A stretch of 64,000 bases of DNA, taken from assembly GCF_009914755.1 (NCBI RefSeq), contig NC_060926.1; one strand, given 5' to 3'. The position numbers were made by a program, and so were the translations under genes. The DNA is from the human T2T-CHM13v2.0 reference genome, Homo sapiens. Below, piece by piece: positions 52,439 through 64,000 of this stretch (the stretch's first letter is position 1; the number at the start of each line of letters is the position of its first letter). A model generated the notes under the pieces. That model was given only the letters and a program-made list of their open reading frames with translations, was not told the origin of the DNA and ran no database searches.

Positions 52439-52947
52439 TGTAAGGTCTAAAGTTAAGGCCCATTATTAGGTGCTACCTTAGAATCTGATGAAAACTGGAG
52501 GACCTCGAATGGCTTAATCCTGAGTTCTTTCTTGATTCTGTCCCCACAGATAAGATCCCCTAGCCAAACAGACTTACTTATCAAGATAACCAGGCACAGT
52601 TCTTGCTTATCCCTCTATAGTGGGTTCAGTTCCCTGCAGGCCCATGAAATTATTCAAAAAAACTAATCACATCCTCCTATGGTAACCAGGAGAGAAACAC
52701 ACCCTGTTGATACTACAAAGTCTGTCTGCCACAGCCCTGATTGTTAATTCTCTCCCTGAGTGCAATACTTCACGTGACCCAGTTTGGCGTGCTGTGTCCT
52801 CCTCCCTTGGGCTATGAATATATATGACTAAGAAACTCTTGTGATCTCATCTGTTCATCATCCAGTATTGGGTAATTGTCCATCGCCATAAGCCCATGGT
52901 GGGACTTTTTCTTTCCCCAGTATGGTGAATAGGAGATAATTAAAACA
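52439..52947 (+). mobile_element. ERVL-class solo LTR (MER54/73/77-group, family uncertain)
   Basis: tgtaaggtctaaagttaagg...gataagatcccctagccaaaca...ccaggcacagttcttgcttatccct...aattattcaaa...taattaaaaca; TG...CA ends. Confidence 0.6.
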
Positions 52948-53124
52948 CTCTGTAAGCCTTTTCCTGTTGAAATTGAAAATCAATTTTTTCAATTGTATGG
53001 TTGGATGAAATTGTTAATAAAAAGAATAGGTTCTAATTTTGACTGTGTAATCAATGTACTGTGACCTTTCACTCATTATTTACCTTTCCTTTTCCTTAGC
53101 AGGCCCCTCTATTTCAACTGTAAT

Positions 53125-53330
53125 TATTATAACAAGGAAAAATTAACATTTCTATGGAATGTCACAGTTTGCAAAGTGCTTGCACAAGCATGATTTTATA
53201 GAATCTTTGCAAAAACTCTGTAAAGTAGCTTTTGCTATTCTCATTTTTATCACCCAGCAAGTACTTAGTAATACCAGAACTTGAGCCTATGTTTTTTTTA
53301 ACTCCAGATTCAGTAATCTTTTAAGCCTCT
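53125..53330 (-). mobile_element. MIR fragment
   Basis: taacatttctatggaatgtcacagtttgcaaagtgcttgcaca...attctcattttta...agaacttgagcct. Confidence 0.6.
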
Positions 53331-54645
53331 CCCAGCCTCCACTGTTAGGAACGTATATGCCAAGAAACAGGTTGGAGATAGATGTTGTCTTTAAAATTTT
53401 ATCTGGATCTTGCCCAGTTGTGCTAGTGCCTCTAAATTCTAATGTCTTGCATTATTTTTTAAAATTATAGTTACAAAATAAAATTTGGCTTGATAAATGC
53501 CAATCAGAATAAATGAGCTGAGGTATAGTTAAGTTTTTTTTTTCTAAATTATACAATAGTTGTTACAATATCCTGCAGGAAGAAGGAAGATAATTCAGAA
53601 ATAAGTAAGGTATAGGTAAATGAGTTATAGGAGAATTCATGGTTTTCAGCCTCTTCTAGTAAGAGTCTTCTTTTATTAGATAACTTCAAACACTGGTGAG
53701 GGGAATACAAGTGCAATCCTGACAGGCACCATTTCCAATGCAGAATCAGATCTGAGAGCTGTAAGGGACAAAGCATCTAGACACCTATCTGGCAGTACAT
53801 GGCATCTTATAAACCCTGAGGTGATCTCTCTGATACGAAGTAAAGGATATCAGAGTCAAGCTCCAGTTTTGAGGAAAGAACTAATTATGAACTAGGTAAA
53901 AATTATGAGTCTCAAACAACATGTTGGAGTGAGACTTCTCTCTCAAGCAAAGAAACTCAATAAGCATGAGAAAGCTAGTGGGATAATGGCAAGAGTCACA
54001 TGTATCAGCCTTCTATCTGTGTTGAGGGCACAACTCAGCCTTTAACCTCCAAAGATAGGAACTGGGTAAAAACATTAGCACTAAGAACATTCATTAAAGG
54101 GCTAATCAGAAAGTAAATAAATAAATATTCATTGACTGCTTTCAATATTCTAGGTATTGTCCATAGTTAGCATATTAGCTGCAAGTGGTAGGGCTAACCA
54201 GTATTCCTTTTTCACAGAGCCCTTTGGCATGATCATAAGTTTCATCTGACTTGTGGGCAACACTAATAATATCTTGCTATGTAGTGTCTTAGTGGTTCTT
54301 GGCTTGAGTAGAGTTGAACACACTAGTAGTTAGTGATGACTATGAATATCAGGGTGGAATTTAGATAAATAAGGTTTTAAAAAAACTTTCATAACCAATA
54401 CAAAATCTAGGATTCAATGATGTTGAAAGGCTTTTTGCCTTGTCTTTAATATTCAAATGACACCATGAAAAACTCATGAGCGATAATACTGCTTCACAGT
54501 CTTCGTGTGATTTGACCAAGGCATTTTCAGGGTGAGTTTGCAATTCCTTTCAGAACTGTGAAGTCAAGAGGGCCATTATCTTTGTTTCATAAGAAAAAAA
54601 TCTACTTTTATTTTTGTAGCCATATTCATATATCACAGAAGGACG

Positions 54646-54834
54646 TGTGATATATGACACACATACACACATACGCACACACACAAAAACACACACACAT
54701 ATATATACACACATATATATATTCATGTGTGTGTGTGCATATATACATACATATTTGGTCTCTGCTCTTGTTTCCTAGCACCCAGTTTCTAAAACCCTTG
54801 GAATCTCCAAAATGATAAGTGTCTTTTCATGTGC
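54646..54834 (+). mobile_element. MER21 LTR 5' part with an embedded CA/TA microsatellite
   Basis: tgtgatat...[microsatellite]...atatttggtctctgctcttgtttcctagcacccagtttctaaaacccttggaatctccaaaatgataagtgtctttt. Confidence 0.8.
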
Positions 54835-55808
54835 TGATATGGTTTGGCTGTGCCCCGACCCAAAACTCATCTTGAATTGTAATCCCCATAATCCCCATGT
54901 TACATGGAAGGGACCCAGTGGGAGGTCTCTCAGCCAATTGAACCATGCTGGCTGTTTTTCCCATGCTATTCTTGTGATAGTGAGTGAATTCTCACAAGAT
55001 CTGATGGTTTTATAAGCATCTGGCATTTCCCCTGCTAGCACTCATTCTCTCTCCTGTTGCCCTGTGAAGAGATGCCTTCTGCCATAATTAAGTTTCCTGA
55101 GGCCTCCCCAGCCATACAGAACTCTGAGTCAATTATACCTCTTTTCTTTATAAATTACCCAGTCTTGAGTATTTCTTCATGGTGAGAGAGGTGGCAGGTA
55201 GGGGCTGGTTAGGCAGATAGAGAAGGAGGGTCTCAGAAGAGGGACAAGGCCTGTGGAACTACACCTGCACTGCCCCTGTTATGTAGCTAGCAGGAGGAAA
55301 TGTAGTTAAGAACTTCCTCTTATATCAAGATGCTTGCTCACAAGTGACTTTCCAGCCACCCATGCAGGCACAGACAAGGATGGAGGGCATCCGAAATGAC
55401 CCTGGATTTATTGTAATGCCATTATCATTGTGGTTTTAGTGTTCCTGTGGTTTTCACTTAGGCACTCGTGGGTCATAACAAAGATGGAGTAGCTATGGCC
55501 AAACCCAGATATGTGTAGATGCAACACCCTCATAAGGGAACTTTACCCCTGCAATTTGGGTGGAACCCACAGAAGACTTCCTTGTTTCTGCCACATAAAT
55601 GACCCAGAACTCAGCCACTATTTGTGATAGCCCATTCTTGGGTTCCTTGCTGAGGTGAGGTTTTCTGTCATTTAATATACCTTACTGTGTCTTACTCTGT
55701 GGTGTTTGCATGTCTTATTCTTCTTGGTCATGGAACAACAACTAACACCTTACTAAACTATGCAGTAATGAAACTGTAACAATAGCAGCACAAGAAAGGA
55801 CTAATACA
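54835..55808 (+). mobile_element. THE1 (C/D-like) 5' LTR, split by an ERV1 LTR
   Basis: tgatatggtttggctgtgcccc...tatttcttcatgg [insert] atagcagcacaagaaaggactaataca. Confidence 0.93.
55183..55781 (+). mobile_element. ERV1-class solo LTR, 599 bp (family not assigned)
   Basis: tgagagaggtggcagg...ttaggcagatagag...aaactgtaaca; TG...CA ends; TSD ATGG/ATAG. Confidence 0.8.
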
Positions 55809-56440
55809 GTAAATTGGCACTGAGGTACTGGGGCATTGTTATAAGACACATGAGAATATGGAAGCAACTTTGGAACTAGGTAGGGAACAGAGGATGGACA
55901 AGTTTGGGGGTCTCAGAAGAAGGCAGGAGGATGTGAGAACATTTGGAACTTCTTAGAGACTTGCTGAATGGCTTTGACCAAAATGCTGTTTAGTGATATG
56001 GACAATGAAGTCCAGGTTGAGTTGGTCTCAGATGGACATGAGAAATTTGTTGGAAACTGGAGTAAAGGTCACTTTTGCCATACTTTAGCAAAAAGGCTCG
56101 CAGCTTTTTTGCCCCTGCCCTAAAGATCTGTGGAACTTTGAACTTGAGAGAGATGATTTAAGGTATCCAGCAGAAGGAATTTCTAAGCAACAAAGCATTC
56201 AGGAGGTGACAGAGCATAAAAGTTTGGAACATTTGCAGCCTGATGATGCAGTAGAAAAGAAAAACCCATTTTCTGGGGGAATATTCAAGCCTGCTACAAA
56301 AATTTGCATAAATAATGAGGAGCCAAATGCTAATCTCCAAGACAATGATGAAAATGTCTCTGGGTTATGTCAGAGACCTTCATGGCAGCCCCTCTCATCA
56401 CAGGCCTGGAGGCCTAGGAGGGAAAAATGTTTTCCCAGAC
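55809..56440 (+). mobile_element. THE1 internal region (5' part)
   Basis: gtaaattgg...ggaagcaactttggaact...atggctttgaccaaaatgctg. ORF remnant EHKSLEHLQPDDAVEKKNPFSG matches the MaLR internal ORF. Confidence 0.93.
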
Positions 56441-56521
56441 CAGCTAATGTTAAAGAATTGGCTAAAGGTGGGGTTGGGAGAATGTTACCCATTTGGTGTT
56501 AGAAGTAAAAAATATATATGA

Positions 56522-56567
<46 letters not shown>

Positions 56568-56590
56568 TTGTGTGTAGCAGTCACACAGCA
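56441..56590 (+). mobile_element. Probable MER21 3' part
   Basis: cagctaatgttaaagaattggct...catttggtgttagaagt resembles the MER21 3' end. Confidence 0.55.
56524..56565. repeat. (GT)21 microsatellite
   Basis: Perfect GT run. Confidence 0.98.
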
Positions 56591-56622
56591 CTCAGTACTT
56601 CACTTTTGACAGTATATGTGTA

Positions 56623-57274
56623 GAGGCATACCTCAAAGATATTGTAGGTTTGGTACTAGACCACCATAATAGCATTAATATCACAATAGAGTGAATCACA
56701 GGATTTTCATTTGTTTCCACGTGTGCATAAAAGTTATGCATACACTCTACTGTATGCTATTAAGCATATGAAAAAGACCAAAATATCCTTCTCTACAATA
56801 CTGGGGATTTTATTTAAATTACACAGTTAAAATATAGGGCCACATTCTGCCTCTACTCTTTGCCTTTGTCAGCTCAGAAACAGCTCAGAGACAGCAGCAT
56901 CAGAGGATCCATAAGCAGATGTTACTCTGCTTAAAAATTACCTTCCCACAATTTTCGGTCTTTTGGAAGCCTGAAGATACTGTTTTCTTTATCTTGTCAC
57001 TATATAGGACTTTGGCTCTTCTAAATAAGTTGCTCAAGCAAGGCCCCTAAGCCACCCCTTGAGAAATACTTTTTTGAATTGAGGTTTTGCCTGTGTGATG
57101 GGTACAGCGTGCATTAATAAACTTCTGTATGTCTTTCTTTTGTTGCTCTGACATTTGTCTTCAGAATAGTGTCTCAATTAATAACCAAAAAAAGGGGAAA
57201 AATAGTCTCCCCAGCAAATACAGAAGCATTATGTCTAAGAAAAAAAAATGTACACACCTTAATTTAAAAATGCT
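56623..57274 (-). mobile_element. Tigger1 terminal segment, split by an LTR
   Basis: TIR aggcatacctcaaagatattgtaggtttggtactagaccacc...tattaagc [LTR] agcattatgtctaa...tgtacacaccttaatttaaaaatgct. Confidence 0.88.
56769..57216 (+). mobile_element. MER34-like ERV1 solo LTR
   Basis: tgaaaaagaccaaaatat...attaataaacttctg...ctccccagca; approximate TSD cata/aata. Confidence 0.65.
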
Positions 57275-57283
57275 CAGAGAGGG

Positions 57284-57571
57284 GGCTGGGCACAGTGGCT
57301 CACACCTGTAATCCCAGCACTTTGGGAGGCTGAAGCAGGCGGATCATGAGGTCAGGAGATTGAGACCATCCTGGCTAACATGGTGAAACCCTGTCTCTAC
57401 TAAAAATACAAAAAAATTAGACAGGCGTGGTGGTGGGCACCTGCAGTCCAAGCTCCTCAGGAAGCTGAGGCAGGAGAATGGCGTGAACCCAGGAGGCAGA
57501 CCTTGCAGTGAGCTGAGATCACACCACTGCACTCCAGCCTGGGCAACAGAGTGAGACTCCGCCTCAAAAAA
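57284..57571 (+). mobile_element. AluY
   Basis: Diagnostic gagaccatcctggctaaca and gagaatggcgtgaaccc. 18-bp TSD aaaaatgctcagagaggg at 57266-57283 and 57572-57589. Confidence 0.97.
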
Positions 57572-57589
57572 AAAAATGCTCAGAGAGGG

Positions 57590-60500
57590 AAAGGGGCCAA
57601 GATGGCCAATTAAAAGCAGCTAGAGTCTGCAGTTCTTACAAAATCGCCAGTGAATTCTGCAGCTGGGGTATTCAGGTTCTCACATTGGAACTGACTAGGC
57701 TGATGGCTCTACTCAGGGAGAGAGAGGAAAAGCAGGGTGGGTTGATGGACCACCTGTGAGCAGCATGGAGCCAGGGAAGCCCCCAGCCCCAGCTGAGCAA
57801 GGTGATGAGTGGCTATGCAACATTGCCCAGGAAACCACCTTTTTCCTATGGATCACTGCAACTGGTGAAGCAGAAGATCCCCTCATGAGCCCATGTCACC
57901 AAGGCCTTGAGTCCAAAGTACAGAGCTATGCAAAGTCTTGGCAGAGTGACTTCTCACTAACTTGCTCAGACACACAGGGAAATCTAAATGTTTTACATAC
58001 TCCACCCTGGAAATTCCAGCAAGGCAGGAGAATCTGTGCATGCCCCTAGGAAGGGGGCTGAATCCAGGGAGCCAAGCAGCGTCATACTGTGGGTCTCACT
58101 CCCATGGCACCTCACAAGTGAAGACACACTGGCTTGGAATTCTAGCTGGCCAGCAGCAGCAGGCTGGAGACAGCCTGGGACAGACCGAATTCCTGGTGGG
58201 AGGGATGGCTGCCATATCTGCCTTTTGAGTCAGCCACTGTAGCTTGTGGTCATCAGGTACCTGGAGGAATTCCCCACAATGCAGTGCAGCTGTTGTGCCT
58301 GATTGTGGCCAGTCTGATTGTTTAAGTGAGACTCTGATCCATTCCTCCTCACTGGATGGGGCCTCTCTGCAAGGATTTCAGCAACTCTAGCCAGGGTTAC
58401 ATGGACAGAATTCTGATCTCTCCTTGAGACAGAGTCTCCGAGGTGAGGGGCAGCTGCTGTCTCTGCAGTTCAGCCAATTTAGTCTTTCCAAGCTGCTGGC
58501 TCTGGAGAGGCTGGGTGATGAGCGCAGTGCACCTGATCTGTCAATGGGCAACCAAACAGCTTCTTTAAGTGATTCCTCCTGTCTGTGTGAGGCCTCCCAA
58601 AAGGGGATTCCAGGTACCTCCTATAGAAGCATTCAGGCCGGCATCAAATTGGTGTCCCCTTGGGATAGACCTCTAAGAGAAAAGAGTAGGTTGCCATGTT
58701 TGCTGTTTTGTAGCCTTCACTTGTAAAATCTCCAGGTGCGGGAGGATCTGAAGTGACTAGGGTCTGGAGTGGACACCCAGCAAACCACAGCAGTCCTGTG
58801 GAAGAGTGGCCTGGCTGTTAAACAAATAAACACACAAACAAACAGAAAGCAACAGTGACAATAACATCAACAAAAAAGACCCCACAAAAACCCCATTCAA
58901 AGCTCAGCAACCTTAAAGTTCAAAGGTAGATGAGCCCATAAAGATGAGACAAAAATCCTGAAAACTAAAAACAAAACAAAACAAAAAACAAAAAAAACCC
59001 AAAAAGAACAGGTGCCTTTTCTCCTCCAAATGACTGCAACACCTCTCCAGCAAGGGCACAGAACTGGGCTGAGGCTGTGATGGCTGAACTGACAGAAGTA
59101 GGCTTCAGAAGGTGAGTAATAATAAACTTCACAAAACTAAAAGAGCATGTTGTAACCCAAAGCAAAGAAGCTAAGAATCATGATAAAACATTACAGGAGC
59201 TGATAACCAGAATAACCACTTTAGAGAGGAACATGGATGACCTGATGAAACTGAAAAACACAACCATGAGATTATCACTATGCAGTCACAAGTACAAATA
59301 GCCAGTTAGACCAAGTGGATCAATCTTAGCTTGACAACTTTGTTTCTGAAATAAGACAGGCAGGCAAAAATACGGAAAAAAATGGACAGGAATGAACAAA
59401 ACCTCTGAGAAACATGGGATTATTTAAAAAGACCTAACCTACGACTGATTGGGGTACATAAAAGAGATGAGGGAAACAGAACCAAGTCGAAAACTTACTT
59501 CAGGATATTATCCATCCAGGAGAATTTCCCCATTCTAGCAAGATAGGCCAACATTCAAATTCAGGAAATGTAGAGAACTCCAGTAAGATACTCCACAAGA
59601 AGATCAATCCCAAAACACATAATTATCAAATTCTCCAAAGTTGAAATGACAGAAAAAATGTTAATGGCAGCCAGAAAGGCCAGGTGACCTACAAAGATAA
59701 GCCCATCAGACTAACAGTGGACTTCTCGGTGCAAATCCTACAAGTCAGAAGAAATTGAGGGCCAATATTCAACATTTTCAAAGAAAAAAATTTTTCAACC
59801 CAGAATTTCATATCTGCCCAAACTAAGCTTCATAAGTGAAGGAGAAATAATAATTTTTTTTCAGACAAGCAAATGCTGAGGGAATACGTCACCACCAGGC
59901 CTGACATGCAAGAGCTCCTGAAGGAAGCACTAAATATGGAAAGAGAAAACTGTCCTCAGCCATTACAAAAACACACTGAAGTACACAGACCAGTGACACC
60001 TTGAAGCAACCACACAAAAAGTCTGCAAAATATCCAATTAGCATCATGAGGACAGGATCAAATTCACACATAACAATATTAACATTAAATGTAAATGGGC
60101 TAAATGCCCCATTTAAAAGACACAATGGTAAGCTGGATAAAGAGTCAAGCCCTATTGGTATACTGTCTTCAAGAGATGCATCTCATGTGGAAAGACAAAC
60201 ATAGGCTCAAAATCAAGATATGGAGGGAAATTTATCAAGCAAATGGAAAACAGATAAAAGCAGGGGTCACAATCCTAGTTTCTGACAAAACAAACTTTAA
60301 TGCAACAAAGATCAAAAAACACAAAGAAGGGCATAACATAATGGTAAAGGGTTCAATTTAACATGATGAGCTAACTCTCTTAGATATATATGCATCCAAT
60401 GCAGGATCACTCAGATTCATAAAGCAAGTTTCTAGAGACATTCAAAGAGACTTAGACTGCCACACAATAGTAATGGGAAACTTTAACACCCCATTGTCAA

Positions 60501-63500
60501 TATTAGGCAGATCATTGAGACAGAAAATCAACAAAGATATTCAGGACCTGAACTCAGCTCTAGATCAAGAAGAACTGATAGATATCTACAGAACCCTCCA
60601 CCCAAAAACAAAGAATATACATTCTTCTCATAGCCACATGGCAGTTAGTCTAAAATTGATCACATAATGTTAAGTAAAACATTCCTCAATAAATGCAAAA
60701 AACCCTGAAATTATAACAGTCTCTCAGACCACAGCACACTCAAATTAGAACTCAAGATTAAGAAACTCATTCAAAATCACACAACTACATGGAAATTGAC
60801 AACCTGCTCTTGAATGACTCCTGGGTAAATAATGAAATTAAGGCAGAAATCAAGAAGTCATTTGAAATTAATAACAAAGAGACAACATACCAGAATCTCT
60901 GGGACACAGCTAAAGCAGTGTTAAGAGGAAAATTTATGTCACTAAATTCCCACATCAAAAAGCTAGAAACATCTAAAATCAACAGTCTAACATCACAACT
61001 AAAAGAACTAGAGAACCAATAGCAAAAAAAAAAAAACCCTAAAGCTAGCAGAAAACAAAAAATAACCAAGATCAGAGTGGAACTGAAGGAGACAGAGACA
61101 CAAAATCCCTTCAAAAAATCTATAAATCCTAGAGGTGGTTTTTTGAAAAAAATAATAAAATAGATAGACTGCCAGCTAGACTAATGAAAAAAAAAGAGAA
61201 TAATCAAATAAACATCATCATAAATAAGAGGGATATTACCACTGACCCCACAGAAATACCAACAGCCATCAGAGAATACTATAAACACCTCTACGCAAAT
61301 AAACCAGAAAATCTAGAAGAAATTGATTCCTCAGTACATCCACCCTCCCAAGGTTTAACTGGGAAGAAATTGAATACCTGAATAGAGCGATAATAATTCT
61401 GAAATTGAGGCAGTAATAAAAAGCCTACCAAGCCAAAAACAAAACAAAACAAAACAAAAACAAAAATGAAAACAAAAGGCCCAGGTCCAGACAGATTTAG
61501 AGCTGAATTATACCAGAAGTACAAAAAAGAGCTGGTACCATTTTTACTGAAAGTATTTTGAATTGTTGAAAAGAAGGGACTCCTCCCTAACTCATTTTAT
61601 GAGGTTGGCATCATTCTGATACCAAACCCTGGCAGAGAAAAAACAAAAAAAGAAAATATCATGCCAATATCCCCAATGAATATTGATGCAAAAATCTTCA
61701 ATAAAACACTGCCAAACCAAACCTAGCAGCACATCAAAAACTTTATCCAGCATGATCAAGTTGGCCTCATCCCTGGGATGGAAGATTGGTTCAATATATG
61801 AAAATCAATAAATGTAATTCATCACATAAACAGAGCTAAAGACAAAAACCACACGATTATCTAAATCGATGAAGAAAAGCCTTTCAATAAAATTCAACAT
61901 ACCTTCATGCTAAAAACTCTCAATAAACAAGATGCTGAAGGAGCATACCTCAAAATAATAAGAGCCATATATGACAAGCACAGAGTCAACATCATACTGA
62001 ATGGGCAAAAGCTGGAAGCATTCCTCTTGAAAACTGGCAGAAGAAAAGGATGTTCTCTCTTACTTCTCCTATTTAACATAGTATTGGAAGTTCTGGCCAG
62101 GGCAATCAGGGAAAAGAAACAAATAAAGGGTATTCAAATAGGAAGACAGAGAAAAAAAATACGAAGAGAGGAAGTCAAATTATATTTGTTTGCAGATGAT
62201 ATGATCTCATACATAGAAAACCCCACTGGCTCAGCCCAAAAGCTTCTTAAGCTGATAAGCAACTCCAGAAAAGTTTCAGCATACAAAATCAATGTGCAAA
62301 ATTTGCTAGCATTTCTATACACCAACAACAGGCAAGCATAAAGCCAAATCATGAATGAGCTCCCATTCATAATTGCTACAAAGAGAATAAAACACCTAGG
62401 AATACAGCTAAGAGGGGAAGTGAAGGACCTCTACAAGGAGAACTATAAACCATTGCTGCAAAAAATCAGACAGGACACAAACAAATGGAAAAGAAAATTC
62501 CATGCTCATTCATAGAAAGAATAAATATCATGAAAATGGCCATAATTCCCAAAGTAATTTATAAGTTCAATGCTATTCCTATTAAACTACCATTGACATT
62601 CTTCACAAAATTATAATAGAAGAAACTGTTTTAAAATCCATATGGAACCAATCAATAGTCCAAATATCAAAGACTGTCCTAATCAAAAACAGCAAACCTG
62701 GAGGCATCATGCTCCTTGACTTCAAACTATACTACAAGGCTACAGTAACCATAACAGCATGGTACTGATACACAAACAGACACACAGACCCAATGGAACA
62801 AAATAGAGAACTAGAATACAGAACGTAGAAATAAGACCGTTATATTAGTTCATTCTCATACTGATATAAAGAACTGCCCGAGACTCAGGAATGTATAATG
62901 GAAGGAGGTTTAATTGATTCACAATTCTTCATGGCTGAGGAGGCCTCAGGAAACTTACAATAATATAAGGGGAAACAAACACGTCCTTCCTCACATGGCA
63001 ACATGACAAAGAAGTGCAGAATGAAGGGGGGAAAAGCTCCTTATGAAACCATCAGATCTCATGAGAATGCATGTACTGTCACAAGAACAGCATGGGGGAA
63101 CCACTCCCATTATCTAATAACCTCCCATGAGGTCACTTTCCCAATATATGGGACTAAAATACAGATTACAATTCAAGATGATATTTGTGTGGGGGCACAG
63201 AGCCAGACCATATCAACCACACACCTAGAACCATCTGATTATTGACAAACCTGAAAGAAACAAGCAATGGGGAAATAATTCCATATTTATTAAATGGTGC
63301 TGGGAGAACTGGCTAGCCATATGCAGAAAATTGAAACTGGACTGCTTCCTTACACCTTATACAAAAATTAACAAAAGATGGATTAAAGACTTAAATGTAA
63401 AACCCAAAAGTATAAAAACCATAGAAGAAAATCTAGGCAATACTATTCAGGATATAGGCACAGGCAGAGATTTCATTACAAAAACTCCAAAAGCAATAGC

Positions 63501-64000
63501 AAGGAAACAAAAAACTTGACAAATGGGATCTAATTAAACTAAAGAGCTTTTGCACAGCAAAAGAAACTATCATCAGAGTGAACAGACAACCTACAAAATG
63601 GAAGAAAAATTTTCCAATCTATTCACCTGACAAAGGCCTAATATCCAGAGTCTACAATGAACTTAAAGAAATTTACAAAAAAAAACCCCACAACTCCATT
63701 CAAAAGTGGGCAAATGACATGAACAGATGCTTCTCAAAAGAAGACATATATGCATCCAACAAACATATGGAAAAAAAAGCTCGACCTCACTAATCATTAG
63801 AGAAATGCAAATCAAAACCACAATGAGATGCCATCTCACACCAGTCAGAATGGCGATGATTAAGTCAAGAAACAACAGATACTGGCAAGGTTGCAGAGAA
63901 AAAAGAATGCTTTTACACTCTTGATGGGAGTGTAAATTAGTTGAATCATTGTGGAAGATATTGTGGCATTTCCTCAAACACCTAGAGGCAGAAATACCAT
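57590..64000 (+). mobile_element. Old primate L1 with 5' end present (L1PA13-16/L1PB-like), inactive, continuing past the window
   Basis: 5' ggggccaagatggcc (YY1 site) and a ~1.35-kb 5'UTR. ORF1 from about 58944. ORF2 from about 60046 ([52 protein letters not shown]). Many stops and frameshifts. Confidence 0.97.
62841..63215 (-). mobile_element. THE1 (C/D-like) solo LTR inserted in L1 ORF2
   Basis: tatattagttcattctca...gaggcctcaggaaacttacaat...cagagccagaccatatca; TSD accgt/accac. Confidence 0.93.

Noticed and set aside
56206-56502. 98-aa ORF as a domesticated gag-like gene
   Set aside because: Ordinary THE1-int ORF remnant, truncated by the deletion and lacking an ATG start.
58944-64000. 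L1 ORF1/ORF2 fragments as functional CDS (EN, RT FADD)
   Set aside because: Broken by many stops and frameshifts and by a THE1 insertion; not retrotransposition-competent.

Overview
Primate genomic DNA (AluY, AluS, THE1, LTR12 and L1PA-type elements imply a human/ape/Old World monkey genome). It is AT-rich and CpG-poor, with no CpG island and no intact protein-coding exon that I can support, so it looks like a gene desert or a deep intron. Much of the window is interspersed repeat: L1, L2, MIR, Alu, MaLR/ERV LTRs and Tigger/Charlie DNA transposons. The only gene-derived sequence is a disabled processed pseudogene of RBX1 (about 25849-26368). Other landmarks are a two-LTR LOR1-like provirus with PBS, PPT and TSD (35104-38115), a nested MER21>THE1>ERV1-LTR stack (54646-56590), and an old L1PA-type element with its 5' end present, running from about 57590 off the window end. 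I found no convincing new multi-gene system. The most unusual signals are DNA-repair-like scars, above all an exact 33-bp copy of 23191-23223 sitting 1.6 kb away inside an 18-bp duplication, plus fold-back palindromes and a cluster of local duplications at 49.3-50.4 kb. A frameshift-derived 54-aa ORF in the RBX1 retrocopy keeps the cullin-binding strand. Repeat family names come from my recall of consensus sequences, not from a database search, and the boundaries of old elements are approximate.
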